Positions 26,302-38,226 of a DNA stretch of 64,000 bases are shown one piece after another. The position numbers and the translations under genes were made by a program. Each line of letters starts with the position of its first letter. Position 1 is the first letter of the stretch. The stretch lies in NCBI GenBank assembly GCA_965235115.1, contig OZ249451.1, positions 16,120,001 to 16,184,000 of the forward strand, written 5' to 3'. The stretch is from Laetmonice hystrix (lineage: Eukaryota). The notes beneath the pieces were generated by a model. That model searched no databases. It saw only the letters and a list, made by a program, of their open reading frames with translations, and was not told the origin of the DNA.

Positions 26302-27397
26302 ATGAAACATGTCATTGTCTGAACCCGTCACAGTAAACCACCAGAATGTCAGCGTTTCCACTGAGAAGTTGTCGAGGGATCCTTGATCCATGTAAAGTTA
26401 CCACACCTGGAGAACCCTGATTGTCACAGTGATGAAACATGTCATTGTCTGAACCCGTCACAGTAAACCACCAGAATGTCAGCGTTTCCACTGAGAAGTT
26501 GTCAGAGGGATTCTTGATCCATGTAAAGTTACCACACCTGGAGAACCCTGATTGTCGCAGTGATAAAGTTTGAAACATGTCATTCTCTGAACCCGTCACA
26601 GTAAAGCACCAGAATGTCAGCGTTTCCACTGAGAAGTTGTCAGAGGGATCCTTGATCCATGTAAAGTTACCACACCTGGAGAACCCTGATTGTTGTGATG
26701 AAACATGTCATTCTCTGAACCCGTCACAGTAAAGCACCAGAATGTCAGCGTTTCCACTGAGAAGTTGTCAGAGGGATCCTTGATCCATGTAAAGTTACCA
26801 CACCTGGAGAACCCTGATTGTTATAGTGATGAAGTCTGAACCCGTCACAGTAAACCACCAGAATGTCAGCGTTTCCACTGAGAAGTTGTCGGAGGGATCC
26901 TTGATCCATGTAAAGTTACCACACCTGGAGAACCCTGATCATTGACGAAACATGTCATTCTCTGAACCCATCACAGTAAACCACCTGAATGTCAGCGTTT
27001 CCACTGAGAAGTTGTCGGAGGGATCCTTGATCCATGTAAAGTTACCACACCTGGAGAACCCTGATCATTGACGAAACATGTCATTCTCTGAACCCATCAC
27101 AGTAAACCACCAGAATGTCAGCGTTTCCACTGAGAAGTTGTCGGAGGGATCCTTGATCCATGTGAAGTTACCACACCTGGAGAACCCTGATTGTCGCAGT
27201 GATAAAGTTTGAAACATGTCATTCTCTGAACCCGTCACAGTAAACCACCAGAATGTCAGCGTTTCCACTGAGAAGTTGTCGGAGGGATCCTTGATCCATG
27301 TAAAGTTACCACACCTGGAGAACCCTGATCATTGACGAAACATGTCATTCCGGTAACCGTCACACTCACAGTAAACCACCAGAATGTCAGCGTTTCC
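26302..27397. repeat. ~120-137-bp tandem repeat, ~9 copies
   Basis: Conserved block gaacccgtcacagtaaaccaccagaatgtcagcgtttccactgagaagttgtc..gggatccttgatccatgtaaagttaccacacctggagaaccctgat with a variable-length segment before gaaacatgtc. Confidence 0.95.
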
Positions 27398-29984
27398 ATC
27401 GAACCGGAACCATGACATGATTGACCTTTCATTTGGGGTCACCAAGAACAACTCTTGACGAACCATTTCCAAAGCTGTCACCCACTGTAATCTTAAATTG
27501 TGTGCGACTACTACTTTAATTCACTTCACTCAGTGTGATGGCATTTATTCATATTTAACCAAATTATGTACTGTGCTGAACCAAAAGGGGGAAAATACGC
27601 GTTGAGGAGGGAAAATATCAGACTGAGTGCACCCAACCGATCTCAGTTGAGTATCTCAGTGAGAGTCAGTCGACCTTTCCCCACCCTACCTCCCACCTCC
27701 TCACCATGACATAAAAACCCCATCCAACACTCCTCCGTCCTGCTCCAAATGTCCCCTCCTGGGGACGGGCCCAGCACGTGGGGAGAGTGGGGAGGCGGGT
27801 GGTCTGAGCTCAGCCCCCATGACCCAGACAATTAACCATAGGAGTGGGGGAGGGGGGTGTCCCCCTACCCCCTCGCCCCTGACACCAGCTGCTTCTGAAG
27901 CATGGAACACTTCATCACTCTGTCAAGTACCAGGCACCCCCTCATCTTGGCCAAGTTCTGGTCTTTTCTAACTTATCATTCAGAATGAACCACTTTGGAA
28001 CATGAACATAAGTAGGTACGTCTGGACATGGGGCCTCCTGACTCTATCCCTCTATGACACAACCTTCCCCCAGAGATTGGTAATACAATTCCTAACATAC
28101 CACAACTATTATGTTTCCACGGGGATCCATAGCTGATTAGGCTATTAATTACCCTGCCTGTAAACCTAGTGTTACACTAACACCCTTTGTTTACTTTGCC
28201 CTGTGGATGGATGGTTAACAAACCCTCCTATGTTCATGGGCAACCCCCTGGAGAGGGACATACTGGAGCAGGGACAACAGCCCAGGAGGAGGTGTGACAT
28301 TCCATCATTGTACCAGCCCTGACTCAATGCCAATAGTTGCTGCCACTCCATCTGGCCCCTGGAGATAAGGCTGTGGGGGATGGGAGAACGGGATTACTAG
28401 ACTCTGTACGTCGGCGATTGGTCGCCAAACTAGGCGATTGGCCGCCAAAACGGCTGCCTACATCACCCATCTCCCAGCCTAAATCTCCCCAGTTTTTCCG
28501 GGATATCCCATACATTCCTGATCGATTCCGAGTCTCATTGATAGAGAATAAATAGATCATAGCGTGAAGTCAGAGAGTTATGACCCAACGTCAATTCTGA
28601 ACTCTTCACCCGGCCCAATGCTGATAAGGTGCCAACTCATTTATTACTTAGTGCAGGAAACCAGAGTACCGTCAGAAAACCCAATGACATGTAGCAAGTT
28701 GGATGACTTTTGTATGTTACATACTTGAAGTCTACACCATACTTGGCTTGGATTTTTGATGTATTCTTTATCAACCTTACCTCCAGTGTGAGTCCAGACG
28801 GTAACATACAGTACCTCCAGGCTAGGGCCACCTGTCTGTACTCAGGCACACTGTCTCAGTTCTATACCTCCAGGCTGAGCCCAGATGTGTGCCCACCAAT
28901 TGTTCAAAATCCAGTGCAGTGAAGCCAAACTCCAGCGGCGACGTCAAATTATAGGAATAATATTCAGCAATAAATATCCTCGGATTCTATTTCTAAAACT
29001 GATTCTCCTCTGCTTGAAATACCATCGTGCAAACCTCTGCACACGTATCAATCCAGAGCCGATCTGACGCTAGTGCAGCCTTGCATGCAGCCACCCGGGA
29101 GGGCTCAGCCTCGGTCCGACTCGCCAACTGGTCTGATTCTCACTGACACCCGCCTTCCAGTCCTAATCTACCTGGCATTCTGAGGCCTTTATAATTACCC
29201 CCTCACTGCACCCTGCTCTGAGTGATCGTGGCGGGAAGAGCATCAAACCATCCCGCATACCCCAGCCGGGCGCGCGCACAGTTTCATGTGTTCAGGGTGG
29301 AGGTGTTAAAACTTGTTCTGATGTTGTTGCGGTGTGAAAACTGTCACCTGTTGTGTCACTAGTGACCGCAAGTTGTCACTGCAGGTCATGTGTCTAAATG
29401 CAGTACGGTATCTTCAAACAACAAAGTTCTACCTCCCACTCAATATTTCTTGTAAATACTAGTGATATCCCCTCTGTAAATCATGAAATGACGATTAGAT
29501 TCGATGGCGACCGAGACCAGACGAGAAGGACCTCGCCATTCTTACCCAGCCCGGCTCAGATTTCACTAATCTCAGAACACACGGCATCAGTGGCTCCGAC
29601 AGCAGCATCACTCAACTCCTGTAACAATGGATAGATGGAGACAAAAGATGATGCGCCAGACGAACAACACAAAATGATTCCCTGAAGGGGGGAGGGGCAG
29701 ACCGCCTGGTGTCTCGCTGACCCTAGAGGTCAATGGACGAGGTGAAGGTCACGGCAGGGAGCAGGTGGCAGCAGCAAGGCCCTGTCATTATCGCTGCAGG
29801 CAGACCAACTTTGAAGGCTTACACTTTTTTTAACACTGATAGCTTAATTTGTATTTTGACGTCAGCTGTGCACACTTTGAGTCTAAATTTTTCTTAATTT
29901 TCTTTTCCTCTGTCGCTTCATATCTGTGAAACTGCAGTCTGACATTCTCCAAACCTGAATTCAGTCAGCGATATTATAAATTAG

Positions 29985-32900
29985 AACTAGACCCGTTGCG
30001 GTGATAACCACAATGGATCCCATCCCCTGGGGGGTCCCGTCTACCATGTTCTGATTTAGTAGAGAGAGCTAAGGCTATTCAAAATGATGGTGTCAAATGA
30101 AAGAACATATATATTGCTTCCTGTCAGTGTTAGTGTTTAATAGTAGGTACATAGCTCTAACTTCAACCATTTACAAGTTATAGCCATAAGAAAATATGGA
30201 TGATGTCATTAGGACCTGATAGGTCACGTGACCTGAAAAATAATGGTGCCAAATGAAAGAGCATATATGACTTCCTATTCGTCTTCAATAGTAGACTAAG
30301 TATGACTCTAACTTCAACCATTTACAAGTGATAGCCCTGCGAAAAGATGGATAACATCATTATGACGTCATAGGTCACGTGACCTGAAAAATAATGGTGT
30401 CAAGTGAAAGAGCATATGACTTCCTATTAGTGTATAATAGTAACTATGGCTTATCTTCAACCATTTACCAGTTATAGCCCTGAGAAAATATGGATGACAT
30501 CGTTATGAGGTCATAGGTCACGTGACCTGAAAAATAACGGTGCCAAATGAAAGAGCATATATGACTTCCTATTCGTGTTCAATAGTAACTATGACGCTAA
30601 CTTCAACCGTTTACAAGTGATAGCCCTGAGAAAATATGGATGACATCATTATGACGTCATAGGTCACGTGACCTGAAAAATAATGGTGTCAAGTGAAAGA
30701 ACATATATGACTTCCTATTAGTGTTTAATAGTAACTATGGCTCTATCTTCAACCATTCACAAGTTATAGCTCTGAGAAAATATGGATGACATTCTTATGC
30801 CATCACAGGTCACGTGACCTAAAATAATAATGGTGCCACATGAAAGAGCATATATGACTTCCTATTTATCTTCAATAGTAGACTAAGTATGACTCTAACT
30901 TCAACCATTTACAAGTGATGGCCCTGAGAAAACATGGTTGACATCATTATGACGTCATAGGTCACGTGACCTGAAAAATAATGGTGTCAAGTGAAAGAAC
31001 ATATATGACTTCCTATTAGTGTTTAATAGTAACTATGGCTCTATCTTCAACCATTTACAAGTAATAGCCCTGAGAAAATATTGATGACATCGTTATGACA
31101 TCATAGATCACGTGACCTGAAAAATTATGGTGCCAAATAAAAGAGCATATATGACTTCCTATTCGGGTTCAATAGTAACTATGGCCCTATCTGGCACTGT
31201 TTAGAAGTTGTAGCCATAGATAGCTAAACTGGCCACTTTTGAAAATTTCAAGGTCACGTGATTCACGCGAATATAGGTCAAATCGTGTATCCCTGGATAA
31301 TTCTATTAAAGCACTTGTTAGAGAGTGTCCCTGCCCAATATTTTCAAATTTTACCAATAAATGATGAAGAAGTAGCGATTTAACCGATTTGTGACCTAGG
31401 ACCCAGTTCTCCCTAAGGTCAAAGGTCAAAGGTCAAATGAAGGGTCACTTTTAGGCTAGACCCTTGCCTTATCATAAGGCCATGATAGATCTTGGAAATT
31501 CCAAATATGAACTTCAAAAATGGCCTTCAATGTCCCAAACACGTTTGACGTCATGACGTCATGACGTGATGTCACGTGACGTCATGACTGATTGTGTGAT
31601 CTGACTTTGTCATGGTCAAGCTGACTGCCAAATTTGATTGAGATATCTTGAAAAATGACTGAGATAGAGGTACTGTTTACGACTACTACTACTACGCAAA
31701 AAATAACTAGACCCGTTGCGGTGATAACCACAATGGATCCCATCCCCTGGGGGGTCCTGTCTACCATGTTCTGATTTAGTAGAGAGAGCTACGGCTATTC
31801 AAAATGATGGTGTCAAATGAAAGAGCATATATTGCTTCCTGTTAGTGTTAGTGTTTAATAGTAGGTATAGCTCTAACTTCAACCATTTACAAGTTATAGC
31901 CCTAAGAAAAAATAAGAAAATATGGGTGATGTCATTATGACCCGATAGGTCACGTGACCTGAAAAATAATGGTGCCAAATGAAAGAGTGCATATGACTTC
32001 CTATTAGTCTTTACTAGTAACTATGGCTCTAACTTCAACCATTTACAAGGTATAGCCCTAATAAATTATGGATGACATTGTTATGACGTCATAGGTCACG
32101 TGACCTAAAAAATAATGGTAACAAATGAAAGAGCATATATGACTTCCTATTAGAGTTTAATAGTAACTATGACTCTAACTTCAACCATTTGCAAGTTATA
32201 GGTATGAGAAAATATTGATGACATCGTTATGACGTCATAGGTCACGTGACCTGAAAAGCAATGGTGCCAAGTGAAAGAACATGACTTCCTAGGTGTCTTC
32301 AATAGTAACTCTGACTCTTAACTTCAACCATTTACAAGTGATAGCCATGAGAAAATATGGATGATATCGTTATGACGTCATAAGTCACGTGACCTGAAAA
32401 ATAATGGTGCAAAAGGAAAGAGCATATTTGACTTCCTATTCGTGTTCAATAGTAACTATGACCCTATCTGGCACCGTTAACAAGTTATAGCCCTGAGAAA
32501 ATATGGATGACATCATTATGACGTCATAGGTCACGTGACCTAAAAAATAATGGTGTCAAATGAAAGAGCATATATGACTTCCTATTCGTGTTCAATAGTA
32601 ACTATGACCCTATCTGGCACCGTTAACAAGTTATAGCCCTGAGAAAATATGGATGACATCATTATGACGTCATAGGTCACGTGACCTGAAAAATAATGGT
32701 CCCAAATGAAAGAGCATATATGACTTCCTATTCGTGTTCAATAGTAACTATGGCCCTAACTGGCATTGTTCAGAAGTTATAGCTATAGATAGCTAAACTG
32801 GCCACTGTTGAAAACTTCAGGGTCACGTGATTCATCGAATATAGGTCAAATCGCTTATCTTTGGATGATTCTATTAAAACCCCTGTTAGAGAGTGTTCCT

Positions 32901-33425
32901 GTCCAATATTATCAAATTTTACCAAAAAATTAAGAAGAAGAAGCAATTTAAGCGATTTGTGACCTAGGACCCAGTTCTCCCTAAGGTCAAAGGTCAAAGG
33001 TCAAATGAAGGGTCAGTTTTAGGCTAGACCCTTGCCTGATCATAACGCCATGATATATCTTGGAAATTCCAAATATGAACTTTGAAAATGGCCCTCAATA
33101 TCCCAAACACGTTTGACGTCATGACGTCATGACGTGACGTCACGTGACGTCATGACTGATTGTGTGACCTGACTTTGTCATGGTCAAGATCTCTGCCAAG
33201 TTTGATTGAGATATCTTGAAAAATGACTGAGATAGAGGTACTGTTTACAACTACAACTACAACTACTACTACTACTACTACTACAACGCAAAAAATAATA
33301 ATAGGGAAGACGAAACCACACAATTTCTAGATCCCATCCCCTGGATAGGGGATGGGATAATAATAATAGGGAAGACGAAACCACACAATTTCTAGATCCC
33401 ATCCCCTGGATAGGGGATGGGATAA
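29985..33425 (-). mobile_element. Non-autonomous Helentron/HINE (DINE-1-like), outer copy
   Basis: On the - strand: 5' subTIR palindrome ATCCCATCCCC..GGGGATGGGAT, (AGT)n microsatellite, ~146-bp core repeats (7 copies), matching 3' subTIR, then a hairpin (ccattgtggt/accgcaacgg) and a CTAG-TT end. Confidence 0.8.
31705..33360 (-). mobile_element. Non-autonomous Helentron/HINE, inner copy nested in the outer copy
   Basis: Second aactagacccgttgcgg 3' end at 31705 and a duplicated ~65-bp 5' block (33295-33360 and 33361-33425); ~6 core repeats. Confidence 0.75.
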
Positions 33426-34164
33426 TTAGGCTCGTTCCGCAAAAATATGCAACTGCAGCAAGTGTCCCAATGCGGATAATTTTCAGAAAACTATAATTTT
33501 AAAATCAGTGGTGTAGACGTACCCAGAATCTTCTCCTATTGAAATTATACAAAATAATTCTGACACAAAGGTTATCCGGGAGCATCTTTGTTGTTTCCAT
33601 CATAAAACTCTGTCATATTAACACAAAGGGGGCAATTCCGTTTTACCCCCTAGAAGAGTAAGTCTCCGTTAGATTCTCACCCCCACCCCCACCCCTCAGC
33701 GGTGCCTAGGGTGCACAATGCCGTGGGCGTGTCGCCCTGCCGCCAGCCAGGACTTGTGGCGCCTCTGTTGCTAATGGCGCTTTCCCCGTTGCTAACGACA
33801 TCAGTGGTTGCCAATGAAGCCAGATTTCATCATAGGATATTTCATTGTTGTCTTGATGGTTGCATGGCGCCAACATGATAATTGACCTCAATTAATAGAC
33901 TATCACTGTAACAATGCTGCCTTCGTGATGCTGGGTTGAAATGGCAACTTTGTTCCTGAATCGCTTTTTGTAAGCTCCTGGTTTTAGCTCAACTTGCAAT
34001 CTGACATGGGTGAAGCAAATCAAAAGGCACTTATAAAGATTAAATGAAGTTTTCTTTATTTCAAAGCATTTCTGTTGACTCTTAATTCTTTGGAAAACTC
34101 CCCTCTGTCAGAGAACTTCATATATCAGTCACTTGGAATACTTTCATTATGGGCCATCATGTAC

Positions 34165-34390
34165 AATTTTGTGAAATGCTAGGTACCTTCTGGTAAAAAG
34201 AGCGTTTACCTTAAAAGGTGTCAGAGTGGCCTCATCCCTACCTCCGACATGAGTGATCTGGTCCGAGTCCGTGTTTGCGACAAGGGTCCATTATAATATG
34301 ACCACCTATGAGGCATTGTGTACAGACACACATAACTGGAGAGCTCCTATAACAGGCTACAGTACCAGTGCCAAACTCAGCGTAGGTGGT
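34165..34390 (+). mobile_element. Possible ancient RTE-like LINE 3' remnant
   Basis: Broken frames give HPYLR and TTYEALCTDTHNWRAPI, resembling the RTE ORF2 C-terminus; weak. Confidence 0.25.
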
Positions 34391-34769
34391 CAGTAGATGA
34401 GACATGTCTGCCCCCCCCCTCCCCCACCCCCCTCCCACCCCCGCCCCCTCAACCACAGATATTCAGCACAATGTGTACCGAACACCCCCAGGTCAGCGGA
34501 CTGTACGGTGGTGTGGACCCTCTGATAATACATGGCCATCTCGGGGGGTATGATGTAAATTAGATTTTGAAAGCACGTGTATGCATAACAAACCCAAAAC
34601 ATCATTCACATTGAACCCCATTATCTCACGAAACGTATGACTAATCCAAAGTTGTATTCGACTATACAGGAGAGCGTCAGAACAAGAGAGGAAGTGAGGT
34701 AGACTGTACCGGTCACGTCCTGTCAACACCTGACAGGGCCGGAGACAAAACAATCACTGGGTTGACAAC

Positions 34770-36910
34770 ACCAGCCCAAGAGATCTAGCTGGTCCTGCCT
34801 GACCTATGTCTGTGGAATCAGTCCTCGCGACTGACTCCCTCACGTCTGGGTTTACAACACCAGTCTGATCTGATCCTGCCTGACCTATGTCTGTGGGCTC
34901 AGTCCTCGCGACTGACTCACTCACGTCTGGGTTTACAACACCAGTCTGATCTGATCCTGCCTGACCTATGTCTGTGGGATCAGTCCTCGCGACTGACTCA
35001 CTCACGTCTGGGTTTACAACACCAGTCTGATCTGATCCTGCCTGACCTATGTCTGTGGGATCAGTCCTCGCGACCGACTCACTCACGTCTGGGTTTACAA
35101 CACCAGTCTGATCTGATCCTGCCTGACCTATGTCTGTGGGATCAGTCCTCGCGACTGACTCACTCACGTCTGGGTTTACAACACCAGTCTGATCTGATCC
35201 TGCCTGACCTATGTCTGTGGGATCAGTCCTCGCGACTGACTCACTCACTGGGTTTACAACACCAGTCTGATCTGATCCTGCCTGACCTATGTCTGTGGGA
35301 TCAGTCCTCGCGACTGACTCACTCACTGGGTTTACAACACCAGTCTGATCTGATCCTGCCTGACCTATGTCTGTGGGATCAGTCCTCGCGACTGACGTCT
35401 GGGTTTACAACGCCAGTCTGATCTGATCCTGCCTGACCTATGGGATCAGTCCTCGCGACTGACTCACTCACGGCTGGGTTTACAACGCCAGTCTGATCTG
35501 ATCCTGCCTGACCTATGTCTGTGGGATCAGTCCTCGCGACTGACTCACTCACGTCTGGGTTTACAACACCAGTCTGATCCTGACATTCCTGCCTGACCTA
35601 TGTCTGTGGGATCAGTCCTCGCGACTGACTCACTCACGTCTGGGTTTACAACACCAGTCTGCTCTGATCCTGCCTGACCTATGGGATCAGTCCTCGCGAC
35701 TGACTCACTCACGTCTGGGTTTACAACACCAGTCTGATCCTGACATTCCTGCCTGACCTATGTCTGTGGGATCAGTCCTCGCGACTGACTCACTCACGTC
35801 TGGGTTTACAACACCAGTCTGATCTGATCCTGCCTGACCTATGTCTGTGGGATCAGTCCTCGCGACTGACTCACTCACGTCTGGGTTTACAACACCAGTC
35901 TGATCTGATCCTGCCTGACCTATGTCTGTGGGATCAGTCCTCACGACTGACTCACTCACGTCTGGGTTTACAACACCAGTCTGATCTGATCCTGCCTGAC
36001 CTATGTCTGTGGGATCAGTCCTCGCGACTAACTCACTCACGTCTGGGTTTACAACACCAGTCTGATCTGATCCTGCCTGACCTATGTCTGTGGGATCAGT
36101 CCTCGCGACTGACTCCCTCACGTCTGGGTTTACAACACCAGTCTGATCTGATCCTGCCTGACCTATGTCTGTGGGATCAGTCCTCGCGACTGACTCACTC
36201 AGGTCTGGGTTTACAACACCAGTCTGATCTGATCCTGCCTGACCTATGTCTGTGGGATCAGTCCTCGCGACTGACTCACTCACGTCTGGGTTTACACCAG
36301 TCTGATCTGATCCTGCCTGACCTATGTCTGTGGGCTCAGTCCTCGCGACTGACTCACTCACGTCTGGGTTTACAACACCAGTCTGATCTGATCCTGCCTG
36401 ACCTATGTCTGTGGGATCAGTCCTCGCGACTGACTCACTCACGTCTGGGTTTACAACACCAGTCTGATCTGATCCTGCCTGACCTATGTCGGTGGGATCA
36501 GTCCTCGCGACTGACTCACTCACGTCTGGGTTTACAACACCAGTCTGATCCTGCCTGACCTATGTCGGTGGGATCAGTCCTCGCGACTGACTCACTCACG
36601 TCTGGGTTTACAACACCAGTCTGATCCTGCCTGACCTATGTCTGTGGGATCAGTCCTCGCGACTGACTCACTCACGTCTGGGTTTACAACACCAGTCTGA
36701 TCCTGCCTGACCTATGTCTGTGGGATCAGTCCTCGCGACTGACTCACTCACGTCTGGGTTTACAACGCCAGTCTGATCTGATCCTGCCTGACCTATGTCT
36801 GTGGGATCAGTCCTCGCGACTGACTCACTCACGTCTGGGTTTACAACACCAGTCTGATCTGATCCTGCCTGACCTATGGGATCAGTCCTCGCGACTGACT
36901 CACTCACGTC
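34770..36910. repeat. 81-bp minisatellite, ~26 copies
   Basis: Unit cacgtctgggtttacaacaccagtctgatctgatcctgcctgacctatgtctgtgggatcagtcctcgcgactgactcact; has 5-bp and 6-bp indel variants. Confidence 0.97.
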
Positions 36911-36977
36911 ACGAGTACCGGGCCCTGTCATACGGTATACTGACCCACCCTGATCGCATTATATGATAACATATATA

Positions 36978-38226
36978 TAGCTTGGTTCCCGCCTCCCGTG
37001 TAGGTGGCGCCAGGCGCGCACGGTAGGCTAGGCACAAAGGTTGACGTCATCGCTCGTCCGGAAGTAAACAAAAGCACGTGGAGTCGATCTAGCGGTACCG
37101 ATCTAGCTGTTGGAATCACGCCAGAAATGGCAAGTTTTTGTTGGAGTGGTAGGTCTTATGACCCGTAATAATTTGATTTTACATCTCATATCACCTATGG
37201 CTATATTATATTTATAGCTCCCATCATCTCTCCTCGTCCCCCACTACCTGGACGCTTCCGAGTCCTTGTACCACTGCTGCCAGTGCTGGTTACCTGCCTA
37301 TAGCTGGCATCACGTCACTTGAGCCCGCCGCGAATGATCCCGGGGGGCCGCCGAGCCTGCCCGCGGGGCTGTGCCCGGGGTGAGCGAGGGAGCGGTGGCC
37401 AGTTACTCGCCCGCTCGCTTACTCGCTCAAACTACCGCCGGCCCGCCGGCCGCTCACTGCCGGGGCTTGTAGCAGGCCTCGGCCGGTCCGTTCGGCCGGG
37501 ACTTGTACAGGGGGCCTCGCCCTCGGCCAGTCGGTTCGGCCTGCATGGGCTTGTTGATCTAGGCGGATCTAGGATTTTTAAACAATTGCCGAGAATTGGA
37601 CTATATAATTGGCTGACCTACACCAACCAGCACCAGGGCGCCGCTACCGTCTGCTTTGACGGGACCCTTGCCAAGGCCTTGGCCTTGCTGGGTCGGCGGG
37701 CTCAGTCAAATCGCGTCGGGCTCATACGCCGTGTATTCGTTCCGAACATTAAAACGGTCGCTGCCATGAGACGAAATGCGACATATTGCTCATATTTATA
37801 CCACATCATGAGGTACATCCCCTTCGTGATTTACTAAATTTTCAGCCATATGTCGCGATCCAGTAAAATTTTAGAGGAATTCAAACATGAAACGAACCCA
37901 TCAGACTACCCCTCAATCGACCTATTATCGCCCAATGGAGGTCACCCGATACTTCTCGTTTTCTTTACAATTCCTCCCATTAACTCTCAAACTTTGACCT
38001 TAAGGTTGAATCGGTAAAGTGTATAAACATTTTAACAACGTTCTAACAGTTAATTATAAATAATAAACTGTTAGTGCTACTTATTTTCCTTTTTTTCCGC
38101 GCACACGATCGCCTTTTCTGGCCGCACAGGCTCACGTGGTTTGTTTACATCTGAGCGCAAAGGATTGTGGGTGATGACGTAAACCTTTGTGCAAGACCTA
38201 CACCAGTAGGTCGTGGAACAAGGCTA
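36978..38226. mobile_element. Non-autonomous AcademH-type DNA transposon, copy 1 (1249 bp)
   Basis: Termini TAGCTTGGTTCC.. and ..GGAACAAGGCTA (imperfect TIR, TAG..CTA); 9-bp TSD ACATATATA (36969-36977 and 38227-38235). Confidence 0.85.

Noticed and set aside
34754-36931. ORFs of 190, 272 and 87 aa made of SESVARTDPTDIGQAGSDQTGVVNPDV repeats
   Set aside because: They arise from the 81-bp unit lacking stops in one frame. 5-bp indels break the frame, substitutions are non-synonymous, and no splice signals were seen.
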